The translations under genes were made by a program, and so were the position numbers. Source: Candidatus Omnitrophota bacterium (GTDB lineage: Bacteria > Omnitrophota > Gorgyraeia > Gygaellales > Profunditerraquicolaceae). Taken from it: DNA of 64,000 nucleotides. The DNA is taken from NCBI GenBank assembly GCA_026387335.1, contig JAPLLX010000004.1, positions 189,485 through 253,484 of the forward strand. Direction: 5' to 3'. This document shows positions 19,716 through 27,754 of this stretch, in pieces (position 1 is the stretch's first letter; each line of letters opens with the position of its first letter). A model generated the notes under the pieces. It did no database searches and had not been told where the DNA came from. It worked only from the letters and a program-made list of their open reading frames with translations.

Positions 19716-19825
19716 CGTCGGTAATTCGGCAGCCCGGCTATCCTTTGATAGGCACTATTTTTGTTTCTTTGGGACCCGCGGCTTTGCGCCCCCGGATTTC
19801 TCCGGGTTTGCCATTTCGTTACTTA
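19716..19825 (-). ncRNA. c-di-GMP-I (GEMM-I) riboswitch aptamer in the 5' leader of the giant gene
   Basis: Minus-strand sequence ...AAAUGGCAAACC-CGGA-GAAA-UCCG-GGGGCGCAAAGCC-GCGGGUCCC...GGAUAGCCGGGCUGCCGAAUUACCGACGG matches the hallmark GEMM-I elements as I recall them from V. cholerae Vc2: GGCAAACC, a P1b hairpin with GAAA tetraloop, GGGACGCAAAGCC, and the 3' ...GUUACCGAUGG closing segment. A U-rich tract (UUUUUCUUUUU, + coords about 19690-19705) follows as a possible expression platform. Confidence 0.7.
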
Positions 19826-19841
19826 CCTCAACTACAAGCAG

Positions 19842-19869
19842 AGTATAACACATAGCTCGTCGCTGTCAA
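19842..19869 (-). promoter_or_regulatory. Sigma70-type promoter for the giant gene and riboswitch (-35 TTGACA, 16-nt spacer, -10 TATACT)
   Basis: Minus-strand read: TTGACAgcgacgagctatgtgtTATACT. + strand tgtcaa at 19864-19869 and agtata at 19842-19847. Predicted TSS about 19834, immediately upstream of the riboswitch. Confidence 0.55.
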
Positions 19870-20056
19870 GCTAAAAAAGGGCTTATTTTGGTACCGCTTT
19901 CAATATCAAAAACCGGCCTAATTATGGTTAAAAAAGTGGGCTAAAATCGCACTTTTTGAAGCGTACTTAATCCCTAAAAACGCGATTATTTTGCCATTTT
20001 AATGGCTCGTAATGACGAAAATGAGTAGTTTGCGCAACGCCACAAATATTAGTAAT

Positions 20057-20121
20057 TAGACTGGACATTTTTAGGTGATTCTCGATATAGAATGGACATT
20101 AGGAAGTACTAGATTGGACAA
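20057..20121 (+). repeat. Three direct repeats of TAGAnTGGACA(T/A)T with 30- and 22-bp spacing; candidate transcription-factor binding sites
   Basis: tagactggacattttt, tagaatggacattagg, tagattggacaatcta seen in sequence. A fourth copy, agattggacattt, lies at about 32896-32908 next to the promoter of the 31003..32883 gene. Confidence 0.5.
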
Positions 20122-20199
20122 TCTAATGAGATATAAATGCTCATTTATTTATGTTAGACTTTATGATTTATAACGTCAATTATAGTAGAAAGTAGATTA

Positions 20200-20567
20200 A
20201 TGACTAATATCCAAGCCCCAATGACGAATAAAATCCCAATGACTCAAATTCCAAGTAAGAAATACGACCTGCGAGAAAGAACTGCTAAGTCGAGAATAGC
20301 CTGACCAGGCCATTAATAAGTCAACTGGTCAGGGCTGGCACAAGCGTAGGAGCTAATTATTGCGAAGCAGATGATTCTACAACAAAGAAAGATTTCGTGT
20401 ACAAGATTGGTACTTGTAGAAGAGAATCTAAAGAATCAAAATACTGGTTAAGAATACTCACGGCAGCAGCACCTTCTCTAGCGGAAGAAACAAAACCATT
20501 GTTATCTGAAGCTCAAGAACTAAATTTAATATTTTCTGCGATTATTAATAGATCTCAAAATAAATAA
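20200..20567 (+). pseudogene. Four-helix-bundle protein (TIGR02436, 23S rRNA intervening-sequence protein family), disrupted by a frameshift and internal deletion
   Basis: ORF1 (20200..20304) reads MTNIQAPMTNKIPMTQIPSKKYDLRERTAKSRIA* and ORF2 (frame -1, ending 20567) reads ...LISQLVRAGTSVGANYCEADDSTTKKDFVYKIGTCRRESKESKYWLRILTAAAPSLAEETKPLLSEAQELNLIFSAIINRSQNK*. ORF2 matches the family core (QLLRSGTSIGAN...SKKDF..K...E..ET.YWLELL...ELVKILTSII). About 12 codons expected between TAKF and ISQL are missing, and all three frames carry stops at 20286-20304. Confidence 0.6.
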
Positions 20568-20628
20568 TTGTAACTTGGAATTTGGAACTTCATTCGTCAT
20601 TGGGATTTGGTGATTGGGATTTTGGGTG
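20211..20628. mobile_element. Mini-element bounded by imperfect terminal inverted repeats of about 45-55 bp (20211-20255 and 20574-20628), carrying the degraded four-helix-bundle gene. IVS-like or MITE-like
   Basis: The left arm ccaagccccaatgacgaataaaatcccaatgactcaaattccaag matches the reverse complement of the right arm (cacccaaaatcccaatcaccaaatcccaatgacgaatgaagttccaaattccaag). Shared blocks are cccaatgacgaat, aaatcccaatgac and caaattccaag. AT-rich relative to flanks. Confidence 0.5.
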
Positions 20629-20634
20629 TATTTA

Positions 20635-21849
20635 TTAAAAGCTAAGTAGGAACCTTAGGCCGCAGACTATCTCAGTGCCTTCTGCCTTATCAACACTGGG
20701 ATGAGTAACTACTTGGAGGTTGGGAGTCAGAGCCATACATCCGTTTAGATAATAGCTGTAATAGGCTTCGTACATAGTTTCAGCGCGCCAGGTTTCATCG
20801 TAGCCATTTGCTTCCCGGTAGTCATCACCAACAATAGATTGGGCTACTCCTATTCCCAGGCAGTCAAATTTACGCCCTGGAAAAGGTTCAGTAACTTGAG
20901 CGCCGCAAGACCAGAAATACTCAATATCCCTGACCTTGGGGTCAGCAACTCCGTAGCGGAAAAAGAGGGTTGCGTTCTTAGTTATTGCCTGGTCAAAACT
21001 CAAAGCAAACCCGGAATCATTCTTTTTGGTTTCGTCAGAATTAAGGTAGTCTAGCTTTTGATGATTAGTATAAAAGATAAAACGGTAATTACCCTGCAAG
21101 GAGCCGAACTTAGGGGTTAAACCGAGCTCATTGATAAAAAACGCGCTGTTGAACGCATCGCTTAAGCCTGTTTTTGTGTAACTGACCTTGGCCGTGCCTG
21201 TGCCGGACTGAAAATAGAGCCATTCGTAGGGTTCAAAATTTACCAACGCGGCTATCCCTATATAAGGAAAAGGAATAGTCGGGTTATTTACCAGCGCGCT
21301 GGATGAAAATTGCGTATCCCCGCAACCCGCGACTTCATTATAATCAAACCAATCGGACAGATTCAGTTTACCGGCGGTAAAAGTTATCTCATCTTTAAAA
21401 AGTTTCTGCTCTATATACAACGCAGGTAAATAAAACCAGGCGCTTTCGCCTGCATTATCACTAAATACTGAATAGGTAGGTAAAAACTTGTCCACGCCCT
21501 TTCCTTTATCCATCTCAAACTCGGCGAAGAGCGCTCCTCCCGGCCAAAGCTTCTGTTCAATTTCAAGATCCCAATACCAGGGGCCGCGGGACTTGCCTTC
21601 ATCGTGTTTACTCTTGATTATCGCCTGTTGAGCGTAGTTAAAAAGGAAAGCGAATCTTGTCCCGTATTTTTCGGCAAAGCTCTCCCTTTGCGCGTCAAAA
21701 TCTTTAAGCCAACTATCTACGGGGGATATTTCGACTTTCTCTTCTTCCTGCTCAGATACCTCTAAAGGTGTACGCGCTGCTTGAGAAGATGGGATGGCAA
21801 CGGATAGGGTTAAGGTGACGAGGAGAATATAAACATTATTTAAGCACAA
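20635..21849 (-). CDS. Outer-membrane beta-barrel porin (carbohydrate-porin/OprB-like); signal peptide, C-terminal ...GLRFLLSF
   Basis: ORF track translation. N-terminal signal peptide, alternating amphipathic beta-strand pattern rich in Y/F/G, C-terminal Phe typical of OMP barrels. Confidence 0.55.
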   Translation of the reverse strand: MCLNNVYILLVTLTLSVAIPSSQAARTPLEVSEQEEEKVEISPVDSWLKDFDAQRESFAEKYGTRFAFLFNYAQQAIIKSKHDEGKSRGPWYWDLEIEQKLWPGGALFAEFEMDKGKGVDKFLPTYSVFSDNAGESAWFYLPALYIEQKLFKDEITFTAGKLNLSDWFDYNEVAGCGDTQFSSSALVNNPTIPFPYIGIAALVNFEPYEWLYFQSGTGTAKVSYTKTGLSDAFNSAFFINELGLTPKFGSLQGNYRFIFYTNHQKLDYLNSDETKKNDSGFALSFDQAITKNATLFFRYGVADPKVRDIEYFWSCGAQVTEPFPGRKFDCLGIGVAQSIVGDDYREANGYDETWRAETMYEAYYSYYLNGCMALTPNLQVVTHPSVDKAEGTEIVCGLRFLLSF

Positions 21850-22255
21850 TTATATTTTCCTTCAAAAATTTCTGTATCGCCCTTAGGATTTCCTTCTTAA
21901 ATTTCGGAGGGCTCTGGGCGATCCACATCGTAAAATTATAAAGTTCCTGCGTGTCAACCTTCAGCCATTTCCTGTTTTTATGCAGGAAAACAAATAGGGC
22001 GGTCATAGCGATTCTTTTGTTCCCGTTTTGAAAAGGATGATTTTTAATCATCAGATAAAACAGAATACCGGCTTTAGCGACAAGACCGGAATAAAGAGAT
22101 TTCCCGGTAAAGGTCTGGAAAGGTGCGGCTAAAGAGCTTTCTAGGACGTTAGGGTAGCGCGTAGAAAATCCGGGTATAGGCTCATTAAAAGATAGTAATT
22201 CCTTGGCCAACCGGAAGGCAATATACTCTACTTCTTTTACATTTAATTTTTTCAT
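21836..22255 (-). CDS. Fic/Doc family toxin
   Basis: Motif HPFQNGNKRIAMTALFVFL = Fic/Doc signature HxFx(D/N)GNKR. 139 aa. Its start overlaps the stop of the upstream HTH gene. Confidence 0.8.
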   Translation of the reverse strand: MKKLNVKEVEYIAFRLAKELLSFNEPIPGFSTRYPNVLESSLAAPFQTFTGKSLYSGLVAKAGILFYLMIKNHPFQNGNKRIAMTALFVFLHKNRKWLKVDTQELYNFTMWIAQSPPKFKKEILRAIQKFLKENIIVLK

Positions 22256-22536
22256 TAATTCTTCCCTAGAAGCTTCAAAGTCTGGCCATACTCAGAGACT
22301 GTCTTTCTTACGGCAGCCTCTATTTCCCTTTTATCTTCCGCATTCAAACTCTTGCCTAGAATAGAGTCAAAATGTTTCCTGGAAATAGCGTAATTCCTAC
22401 CTATCTTTACCGCTTTAATTTCACCGCTCTTAACCTTCTTAAAAATAGCGATCCTACTTAAACCTAAAATTTTAGCCACCTGCGGAATAGTAAGGTGCTC
22501 TCTTTGTCTACTGCCGACCATCATTTTCACCTCCAA
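22255..22536 (-). CDS. HTH (excisionase/MerR-like) DNA-binding antitoxin partner of Fic/Doc
   Basis: 93 aa. LTIPQVAKILGLSRIAIFKKVKSGEIKAVKIGRNYAISRKH is an HTH_17-like motif. Translationally coupled upstream of the Doc gene. Confidence 0.65.
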   Translation of the reverse strand: MEVKMMVGSRQREHLTIPQVAKILGLSRIAIFKKVKSGEIKAVKIGRNYAISRKHFDSILGKSLNAEDKREIEAAVRKTVSEYGQTLKLLGKN

Positions 22537-22542
22537 TTAACC

Positions 22543-22580
22543 TATGTTAACCTGTTAGCATTAAGTTAACATAGAAATAG
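22543..22580 (-). promoter_or_regulatory. Palindromic operator in the TA promoter region (ctatgttaac-N14-gttaacatag)
   Basis: Seen in sequence directly upstream of the antitoxin RBS (ggaggtgaaaatg). A 10-bp perfect inverted repeat. Confidence 0.5.
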
Positions 22581-22613
22581 TTAAAATCAAGTTTTATTTA
22601 TATTGTCTTTTGG

Positions 22614-23480
22614 TTAAAACCCCTGGAACATCTTACCTTGGGTAAACTGCAGGAATATGGGCCCGCCGATAATAATGCCTATGACCGGCAGGATACAAAA
22701 AATCAAAGGAAGGAGAATTTTAATTGGAGCTTTCATGGCAAAACGCTCGCCGCGGTGAAAACGCTGCAGACGGGCATCTTCAGAAAGCGTCGCAAAAGCT
22801 TCGGCAACCGGGGTCCCCATGCGTTCAGCCTGAACCAAAGTCTGGATAAAAGAGTTCACTTCCTGAATATTTAGCCTTTTGGCCATATCTTTTAAGGCCT
22901 GGGTGCGGGATTTTCCCCACTGGATTTCTTCCAAAACAAAGGCCAACTCTTGGATCATCGGGTTAGTCGAAACTCCCTTTTTAATTAACCATTCTATTGC
23001 CGCGACAAAATCTAGCCCTGCGTCCACGCACAAACTCAATAAATCTATTGTTTCGGGAAGCACCCTGGCAATAGCATATTTACGCTGGCCTATTCTTTTG
23101 TTCAGCCATATTTCCGGCAGCAGATACCCTAAGACAAGCGCTACAACAAATCCTATTGGCCCAATCTTGCCCAAGACAAAAGGGACAAGCATAACTAACG
23201 CCGCGGTAAACAATAATTTGAAATTGATAAACTCCGTCGGAGAAAGCCTTAAATGGGCGGCAGTCAATCTCAATTTAATCTTTGCATCTAAGTTTAATTT
23301 ATCCAGAATAACCGCGGTAAAAGGAATGACGCCGGCCAGAAAACTGGTCTTAAAGCTTTTGCTCCTGGTTGTTTCCGGGGTAAAAGCCGGCTTTGCCCCG
23401 CCTACCCGAGGCATAGACCTTATCCCAATCACTATAAGTACAACCGCAGCCACTAAAAATAAGAAAATCAAAAAAAGCAT
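22614..23480 (-). CDS. tadC: Tad pilus inner-membrane platform protein TadC-like (T2SS F domain)
   Basis: 288 aa, 3 TM regions, GspF-type domain (…LPETIDLLSLCVDAGLDFVAAIEW…TLVQAERMGTPVAEAF…). Confidence 0.75.
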   Translation of the reverse strand: MLFLIFLFLVAAVVLIVIGIRSMPRVGGAKPAFTPETTRSKSFKTSFLAGVIPFTAVILDKLNLDAKIKLRLTAAHLRLSPTEFINFKLLFTAALVMLVPFVLGKIGPIGFVVALVLGYLLPEIWLNKRIGQRKYAIARVLPETIDLLSLCVDAGLDFVAAIEWLIKKGVSTNPMIQELAFVLEEIQWGKSRTQALKDMAKRLNIQEVNSFIQTLVQAERMGTPVAEAFATLSEDARLQRFHRGERFAMKAPIKILLPLIFCILPVIGIIIGGPIFLQFTQGKMFQGF

Positions 23481-23490
23481 CTATTCTCCT

Positions 23491-24366
23491 TTAGACATCT
23501 ATTTTGCTGAATTTATAGATTAAAAATATCCCCACTGCCTGCAAACAAACTGCTGTTATTAAGAGTGTCCGGCCTAACTCCGAGTTAAACATAATATCAA
23601 AGTGATTACGGTTAAAACTTAAAACCCAGGCCACAAAGATAAACGGCAAAGCCGACATAATTATCCCCTGAAGTTTGCCCTGGAGAGTAAGGGTTTTAAT
23701 GCTTTCCTTTAATTTCCGGTTGTCCCGCAGGGTAATGGATAGATGGGCTAAAACCTTGGTTAAATCTCCGCCGGTCTCTTTAGACACAAGAATGGAATTA
23801 ATGATTAAATCCAACTCTTCCAGGTGCATCCTATCATGTAAATGCTTAAGGCTCTCTTCCAGAGGAACTCCGATTTTATTTTCTCTTAAGACCAACCCGA
23901 ATTCCTGAGAAAAAGGCGCCGGGACCTCTTCTACTACTACTTCAAGAGCCTGCATTAAAGAAAGCCCTCCTTTGAGCGAAGAAGAAAGGACCATTATCCC
24001 GTCAGGAAGCTGGTTTTGAAAACGCAAGCGGCGTTGGTTTTTTAAATTCTTGATAATTATTGAAGGAATGATAAAACTGACTAGTCCGGCAAGCAGGGAT
24101 AAACCTAAATTTCTTAAGAAAAAAAATGCCAACATACCGATAACCAGAGGCGTAACTGTATACCACAAGACCAATTTCTGGCGGTTGACCTCAATAAACA
24201 TTTTATCCAGCTGCTTCTCTGCTTCCGCTACCTTTTGAGTATGCAAGATGCTAGCCCGCTGCAGAAATGCAGGAAGAAGCTGGCTGCCGATTAATACCAT
24301 TGCGGCGGCGATTAATCCTAAAATAATCAATAGTTGCATAAACAAATCTCCAGGGACGGTTCTCAA
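23491..24366 (-). CDS. tadB: Tad pilus platform protein TadB-like (T2SS F domain); the true start is probably the ATG at about 24339 (MQLLIILG...)
   Basis: GspF-type domain (…GIMVLSSSLKGGLSLMQALEVV…KETGGDLTKVLAHLS…). The track start is a TTG inside an upstream hairpin. Confidence 0.75.
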   Translation of the reverse strand: MRTVPGDLFMQLLIILGLIAAAMVLIGSQLLPAFLQRASILHTQKVAEAEKQLDKMFIEVNRQKLVLWYTVTPLVIGMLAFFFLRNLGLSLLAGLVSFIIPSIIIKNLKNQRRLRFQNQLPDGIMVLSSSLKGGLSLMQALEVVVEEVPAPFSQEFGLVLRENKIGVPLEESLKHLHDRMHLEELDLIINSILVSKETGGDLTKVLAHLSITLRDNRKLKESIKTLTLQGKLQGIIMSALPFIFVAWVLSFNRNHFDIMFNSELGRTLLITAVCLQAVGIFLIYKFSKIDV

Positions 24367-24420
24367 GTTAATCTTAAAGTGTCCCCTAATTAAGGGACAC
24401 TTTTGCTTTGAGTTGAGAAC
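24352..24420 (-). terminator. Nested stem-loop immediately downstream of an flp pilin gene and upstream of tadB; candidate attenuator/terminator
   Basis: Outer inverted repeat agggacggttctcaa / ttgagaaccgtccct with inner inverted repeat aaagtgtccc-ctaattaa-gggacacttt. Confidence 0.5.
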
Positions 24421-24425
24421 CGTCC

Positions 24426-24587
24426 CTATTTACTGTATTGCCGGCCAAAACCAAAATTATCCCCGGCATCCCGCCATTTTCCGCTTAAAGAGCGCTGGAA
24501 ATAAAGCGCCATTCCGATTAATGCCGCTATGACTATCGCTATTAGAAGCGCATATTCCAGGGATAGAAAACCAGTTTTTTTATTCAT
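24426..24587 (-). CDS. flp: Flp-type pilin (53 aa), MNKKTGFLSLEYALLIAIVIAALIGMALYFQRSLSGKWRDAGDNFGFGRQYSK
   Basis: Unlisted (under 60 aa). G/FLSLEY processing motif with E+5/Y+6, then a hydrophobic helix. ATGAATAA overlap with the stop of the upstream gene. Confidence 0.7.
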   Translation of the reverse strand: MNKKTGFLSLEYALLIAIVIAALIGMALYFQRSLSGKWRDAGDNFGFGRQYSK

Positions 24588-25155
24588 TATTCAAAGCGTC
24601 ATTGCGACTACGAGGTGAAACTGAAACAGGAAGTAATTTTGCTTTTAAGGTGATTGCTTCGCCGGACTTCGTCCTTCTCGCAATGACATCTGGATAACTA
24701 CCTTTCCATTGCAAGGAGGTCAATCTCTTTTTTCCCGAGTCTGAGAGGGTAAATAATAAAGTTTTATTGTGGCCTTGATAATCCGCGGCGACAATTGTCT
24801 GGTTATCAACCTTATTGTAAATACGCCAATTAACAAATGCTCTAAATTTCCCTCCTGCTCCTTGAAAACCCCGGGAAAAACTCTGAATAAATGCCTTTTT
24901 ATAACCTACCCTTTGTTTCTCGCCGGTAGACTGTTGATATTCCCGGCTGACATCTACCTGTAAGGCATTGAGGTTTTCCCAATCAATATATTTCTGGACC
25001 CCATAACGGCCATTCACTAAGTCGCTAAAGATAGCCCGGCATAGGTTGACATCCCCGGTTTTTAGCTGGAAGATAAACAAAAGGAAAACAATGATAATTC
25101 CGGCCAGAATTGTGTATTCTAAAATCGGGGTATCTTTTTTGTCTTTATTTATCAC
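24580..25155 (-). CDS. TadE-like pseudopilin/pilus assembly protein
   Basis: N-terminal ...TPILEYTILAGIIIVFLLFIF (TadE-like N-terminal segment), 191 aa. Confidence 0.6.
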   Translation of the reverse strand: MINKDKKDTPILEYTILAGIIIVFLLFIFQLKTGDVNLCRAIFSDLVNGRYGVQKYIDWENLNALQVDVSREYQQSTGEKQRVGYKKAFIQSFSRGFQGAGGKFRAFVNWRIYNKVDNQTIVAADYQGHNKTLLFTLSDSGKKRLTSLQWKGSYPDVIARRTKSGEAITLKAKLLPVSVSPRSRNDALNNE

Positions 25156-27356
25156 TGTGTTAATCCCACTGTATCGTAACTATAATAGGCCTTGCTCTTT
25201 TTAGTAATTATACCACTAAAGAAGGGATTCCACATCCCTAAACTTACTCTTCCGGATTTTAGCTCTTTGTCTTTAGGCTCCTGCTTGGTTATCTGTACCC
25301 AACAATTACCATCATCAGTATAATCTACCATGCGTATACAAATTGTCTTTGACCATCTGCCTCCGCTTTCCGTTTTAATCGTCCTGGCTAACTGGTAAGG
25401 GCCGACTCCGACTTTTATACTGTGGTCGCCCCGGCTATCCGTCCAACTGTAAGTTGCCGGGTTCAGGCCGCCGTAACCGCTTTCTAGCGCGCTATAAGCA
25501 TTCTCCATATCCTTAACGTATTGTTTAATCGCATCCTGAAAACCGCTAATCTTGCTAATCAAACTATCAATGTCATTTAAAGCAGGGGTAACTTCATCAT
25601 CTATATTATAATCCAAGCTGCCTCCCTGAAGAGTAAAGTTCAATTTACAGGGTAGGGGGCTGATTTCCGGCCCGGAACTGACAATACAATCGTTGGCGCA
25701 GTAAGTGCTGTTGCAGGGCTGGCACGTTGGACTTTCATCTCCTATAGAGCCAAAAGTTCCTACTTTGCAGGAAGGGAGCTGGTTTCTTTTTGCTATAATT
25801 TCCGTTTTCCAATCTGAAAGGTACCCCTTTACTTCTCCTAAAGTATAATAATAATCCGTAATTGTATTGCCATCTTCGGTTTTCTTCCCGGTATCTTGAT
25901 TATAGAAAATCTTGATGTAAGTCTGCCACTGGGCGGTTAACTGGTTAATATCTATTTTTTCTATTGCTTCGCTGTCGGCGATAAAGCTTTTAAACCCGCT
26001 GACTATAGCGTCAAAAGAGCCGTCATTTTTAGGATTCCAGAAATCCGGGTTTAAGGCCCGGGCTATTCTGGCAATGGAGCCGTCCTGTGTAATATCCTTT
26101 GTGTCCCCTAACTTGGAAAGCGGACCTTGGATTTCAGTTTGAATATAATCCTCAGAATCTTTTAGGGTTCCGTTAAAAAAGGAACTGGTGATACTCTGTA
26201 AAGTAGGAATAACGCTTTTTAAATATTTCATCCGGCCGTTCCAATAATATAGAAAATGCGATACCTTGTCATCAATTTTGCCATCCCCGCTTAAATCATC
26301 GAAATCTATATCTTTGTTCGGGTCATCCACGGTCTGGGAAAAAACCTGCAATAATATGCTCTCCCGAAAATGGTCATAATCCGGCAAACCGTTTAACATC
26401 CGGACTGCCGCGGAAAAAGCTGCGGCCTGATTCTGCTCAGCAACGTAGGCATTGTAAAGATTTGAACTAGCAGATAATGTCATAGCGGCTGCTGCGCTAA
26501 GACTTGGAGCTATAGCAACACCTCCTGCTATTACGGTTGAACCTGTAGGTATGGCTGTACCTGCAGCCACTGTAGTTATCGGTACATTAGCAGGAACGAT
26601 CGTTACTCCCGCAGCTGTATAACTAGTCCCTGCTTCTAGAGTTAACTGACTATTCGCTGCCATAGTTATTTCCGATCCTCCCACAACTTCTGCTCCTCCA
26701 TTTACTGCTACTACACCTCCTTCGGAACCAGCTACTATAGTTTCCCCTCCTTCAGCTACCAGTGTTCCTTCCGCTACCTCTGTTAATTCTGCACCTTCGA
26801 GAACAATTGCACCGTCCTCCGCGGCCACCGCCGTACCAAAAGAACCATATGCAGCTCCAATTGCTGCGCCAATCATAAAACCAGTAATGGCTCCTGTTGC
26901 AATATTCCCTCCTGTTGCAGCAGCGCCAACAGCGCCTCCAACAAGACCTCCAGCAGCGCCTATAGCGGTGAACGCTGCTAATAAACCTGCAGCGGACCAA
27001 CCTACAGGATTCCAACACATAGCTACGGCAACTACAGCTAAGACTGCTCCGACAATAGCGCCTATAATACCGCCAAACCCCCCAGCGCCGCTTTGGCACT
27101 TGCAAGTAGTATTGCCTAATGATTTGTATAAACCATAAGAACGGGTGGCTAATTGCGAGGCTAAAGAAAGGCTGGCAGAATCCGCGACATTAGAAAGATT
27201 AGTGCTGGAAAGAGAAAGCTGGCCTAAATTTACCGTAGTTAAGATCATAATCAGGATAACCACAATCATTAAAATAAGCAGGGTGGAGATCTGGCCTTGG
27301 GGCTTGTCGTCTTTTAAGTTACCGAGAGAAAATTTTTTATAAAAACTATTGAGCAT
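25152..27356 (-). CDS. Large TadG-like pilus-associated protein with N-terminal TM anchor, long Gly/Ala-rich repeat region and Cys-rich C-terminal region
   Basis: 734 aa. N-terminal ...ISTLLILMIVVILIMILTTVNLGQ. The 26400-27100 region is G/A-rich low-complexity. C-terminal ...CKVGTFGSIGDESPTCQPCNSTYCANDC. Confidence 0.55.
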   Translation of the reverse strand: MLNSFYKKFSLGNLKDDKPQGQISTLLILMIVVILIMILTTVNLGQLSLSSTNLSNVADSASLSLASQLATRSYGLYKSLGNTTCKCQSGAGGFGGIIGAIVGAVLAVVAVAMCWNPVGWSAAGLLAAFTAIGAAGGLVGGAVGAAATGGNIATGAITGFMIGAAIGAAYGSFGTAVAAEDGAIVLEGAELTEVAEGTLVAEGGETIVAGSEGGVVAVNGGAEVVGGSEITMAANSQLTLEAGTSYTAAGVTIVPANVPITTVAAGTAIPTGSTVIAGGVAIAPSLSAAAAMTLSASSNLYNAYVAEQNQAAAFSAAVRMLNGLPDYDHFRESILLQVFSQTVDDPNKDIDFDDLSGDGKIDDKVSHFLYYWNGRMKYLKSVIPTLQSITSSFFNGTLKDSEDYIQTEIQGPLSKLGDTKDITQDGSIARIARALNPDFWNPKNDGSFDAIVSGFKSFIADSEAIEKIDINQLTAQWQTYIKIFYNQDTGKKTEDGNTITDYYYTLGEVKGYLSDWKTEIIAKRNQLPSCKVGTFGSIGDESPTCQPCNSTYCANDCIVSSGPEISPLPCKLNFTLQGGSLDYNIDDEVTPALNDIDSLISKISGFQDAIKQYVKDMENAYSALESGYGGLNPATYSWTDSRGDHSIKVGVGPYQLARTIKTESGGRWSKTICIRMVDYTDDGNCWVQITKQEPKDKELKSGRVSLGMWNPFFSGIITKKSKAYYSYDTVGLTQ

Positions 27357-27370
27357 TATTTATCCCTTAT

Positions 27371-27754
27371 TTATTGCCCGAAAATATTTAATTTCGGATA
27401 TTTGCTTTGGTCAGACTCATCTACCTGGACTTCGCTTCCGCTATTTCCGGCATTCACCCTTTGGGCTTCGTAGTCCTTTTGCCTTTGCACCAGGCTTCTA
27501 TTCATCCAGAGAAATAACTGCAATGCCCCGAATAATAAGATAAAAACCACTACTAAACTGGCAGCTAATTCCAAAGAGACTTGCGCAGCTTTACCACCCA
27601 GAGTTGCGGGAATCAACTTTTTCCTGCGAAACTTCACTAACAACCTCCTCAGTATTGGTAGCGGCGCTGGTTGAACCATAAGGCTTAGTAATAATTTTTC
27701 TTTTGGTCTGCGTCTTCCAGTCAATATTATCCGTCGTGGTAATGCCTGACGCAT
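27371..27754 (-). CDS. Short TadE-like protein; the true start probably lies internal at about 27610 (the track ORF overlaps the upstream gene)
   Basis: ...AAQVSLELAASLVVVFILLFGALQLFLW. The N-terminal 50 aa of the track ORF overlaps 27591..28619 in another frame. Confidence 0.45.
   Translation of the reverse strand: MRQALPRRIILTGRRRPKEKLLLSLMVQPAPLPILRRLLVKFRRKKLIPATLGGKAAQVSLELAASLVVVFILLFGALQLFLWMNRSLVQRQKDYEAQRVNAGNSGSEVQVDESDQSKYPKLNIFGQ

Noticed and set aside
20985-21010. Second gcaaacc occurrence as a possible additional GEMM riboswitch
   Set aside because: It lies inside the porin coding sequence and lacks the GAAA hairpin and CGCAAAGCC elements.
26752-27138. Cys/Arg/Trp-rich 117-aa minus ORF and a Pro/Ala-rich + ORF inside the TadG-like gene
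   Set aside because: These are alternative-frame or antisense readings of the Gly/Ala-rich (GCN/GGN-repeat) coding region. Low-complexity artefacts.
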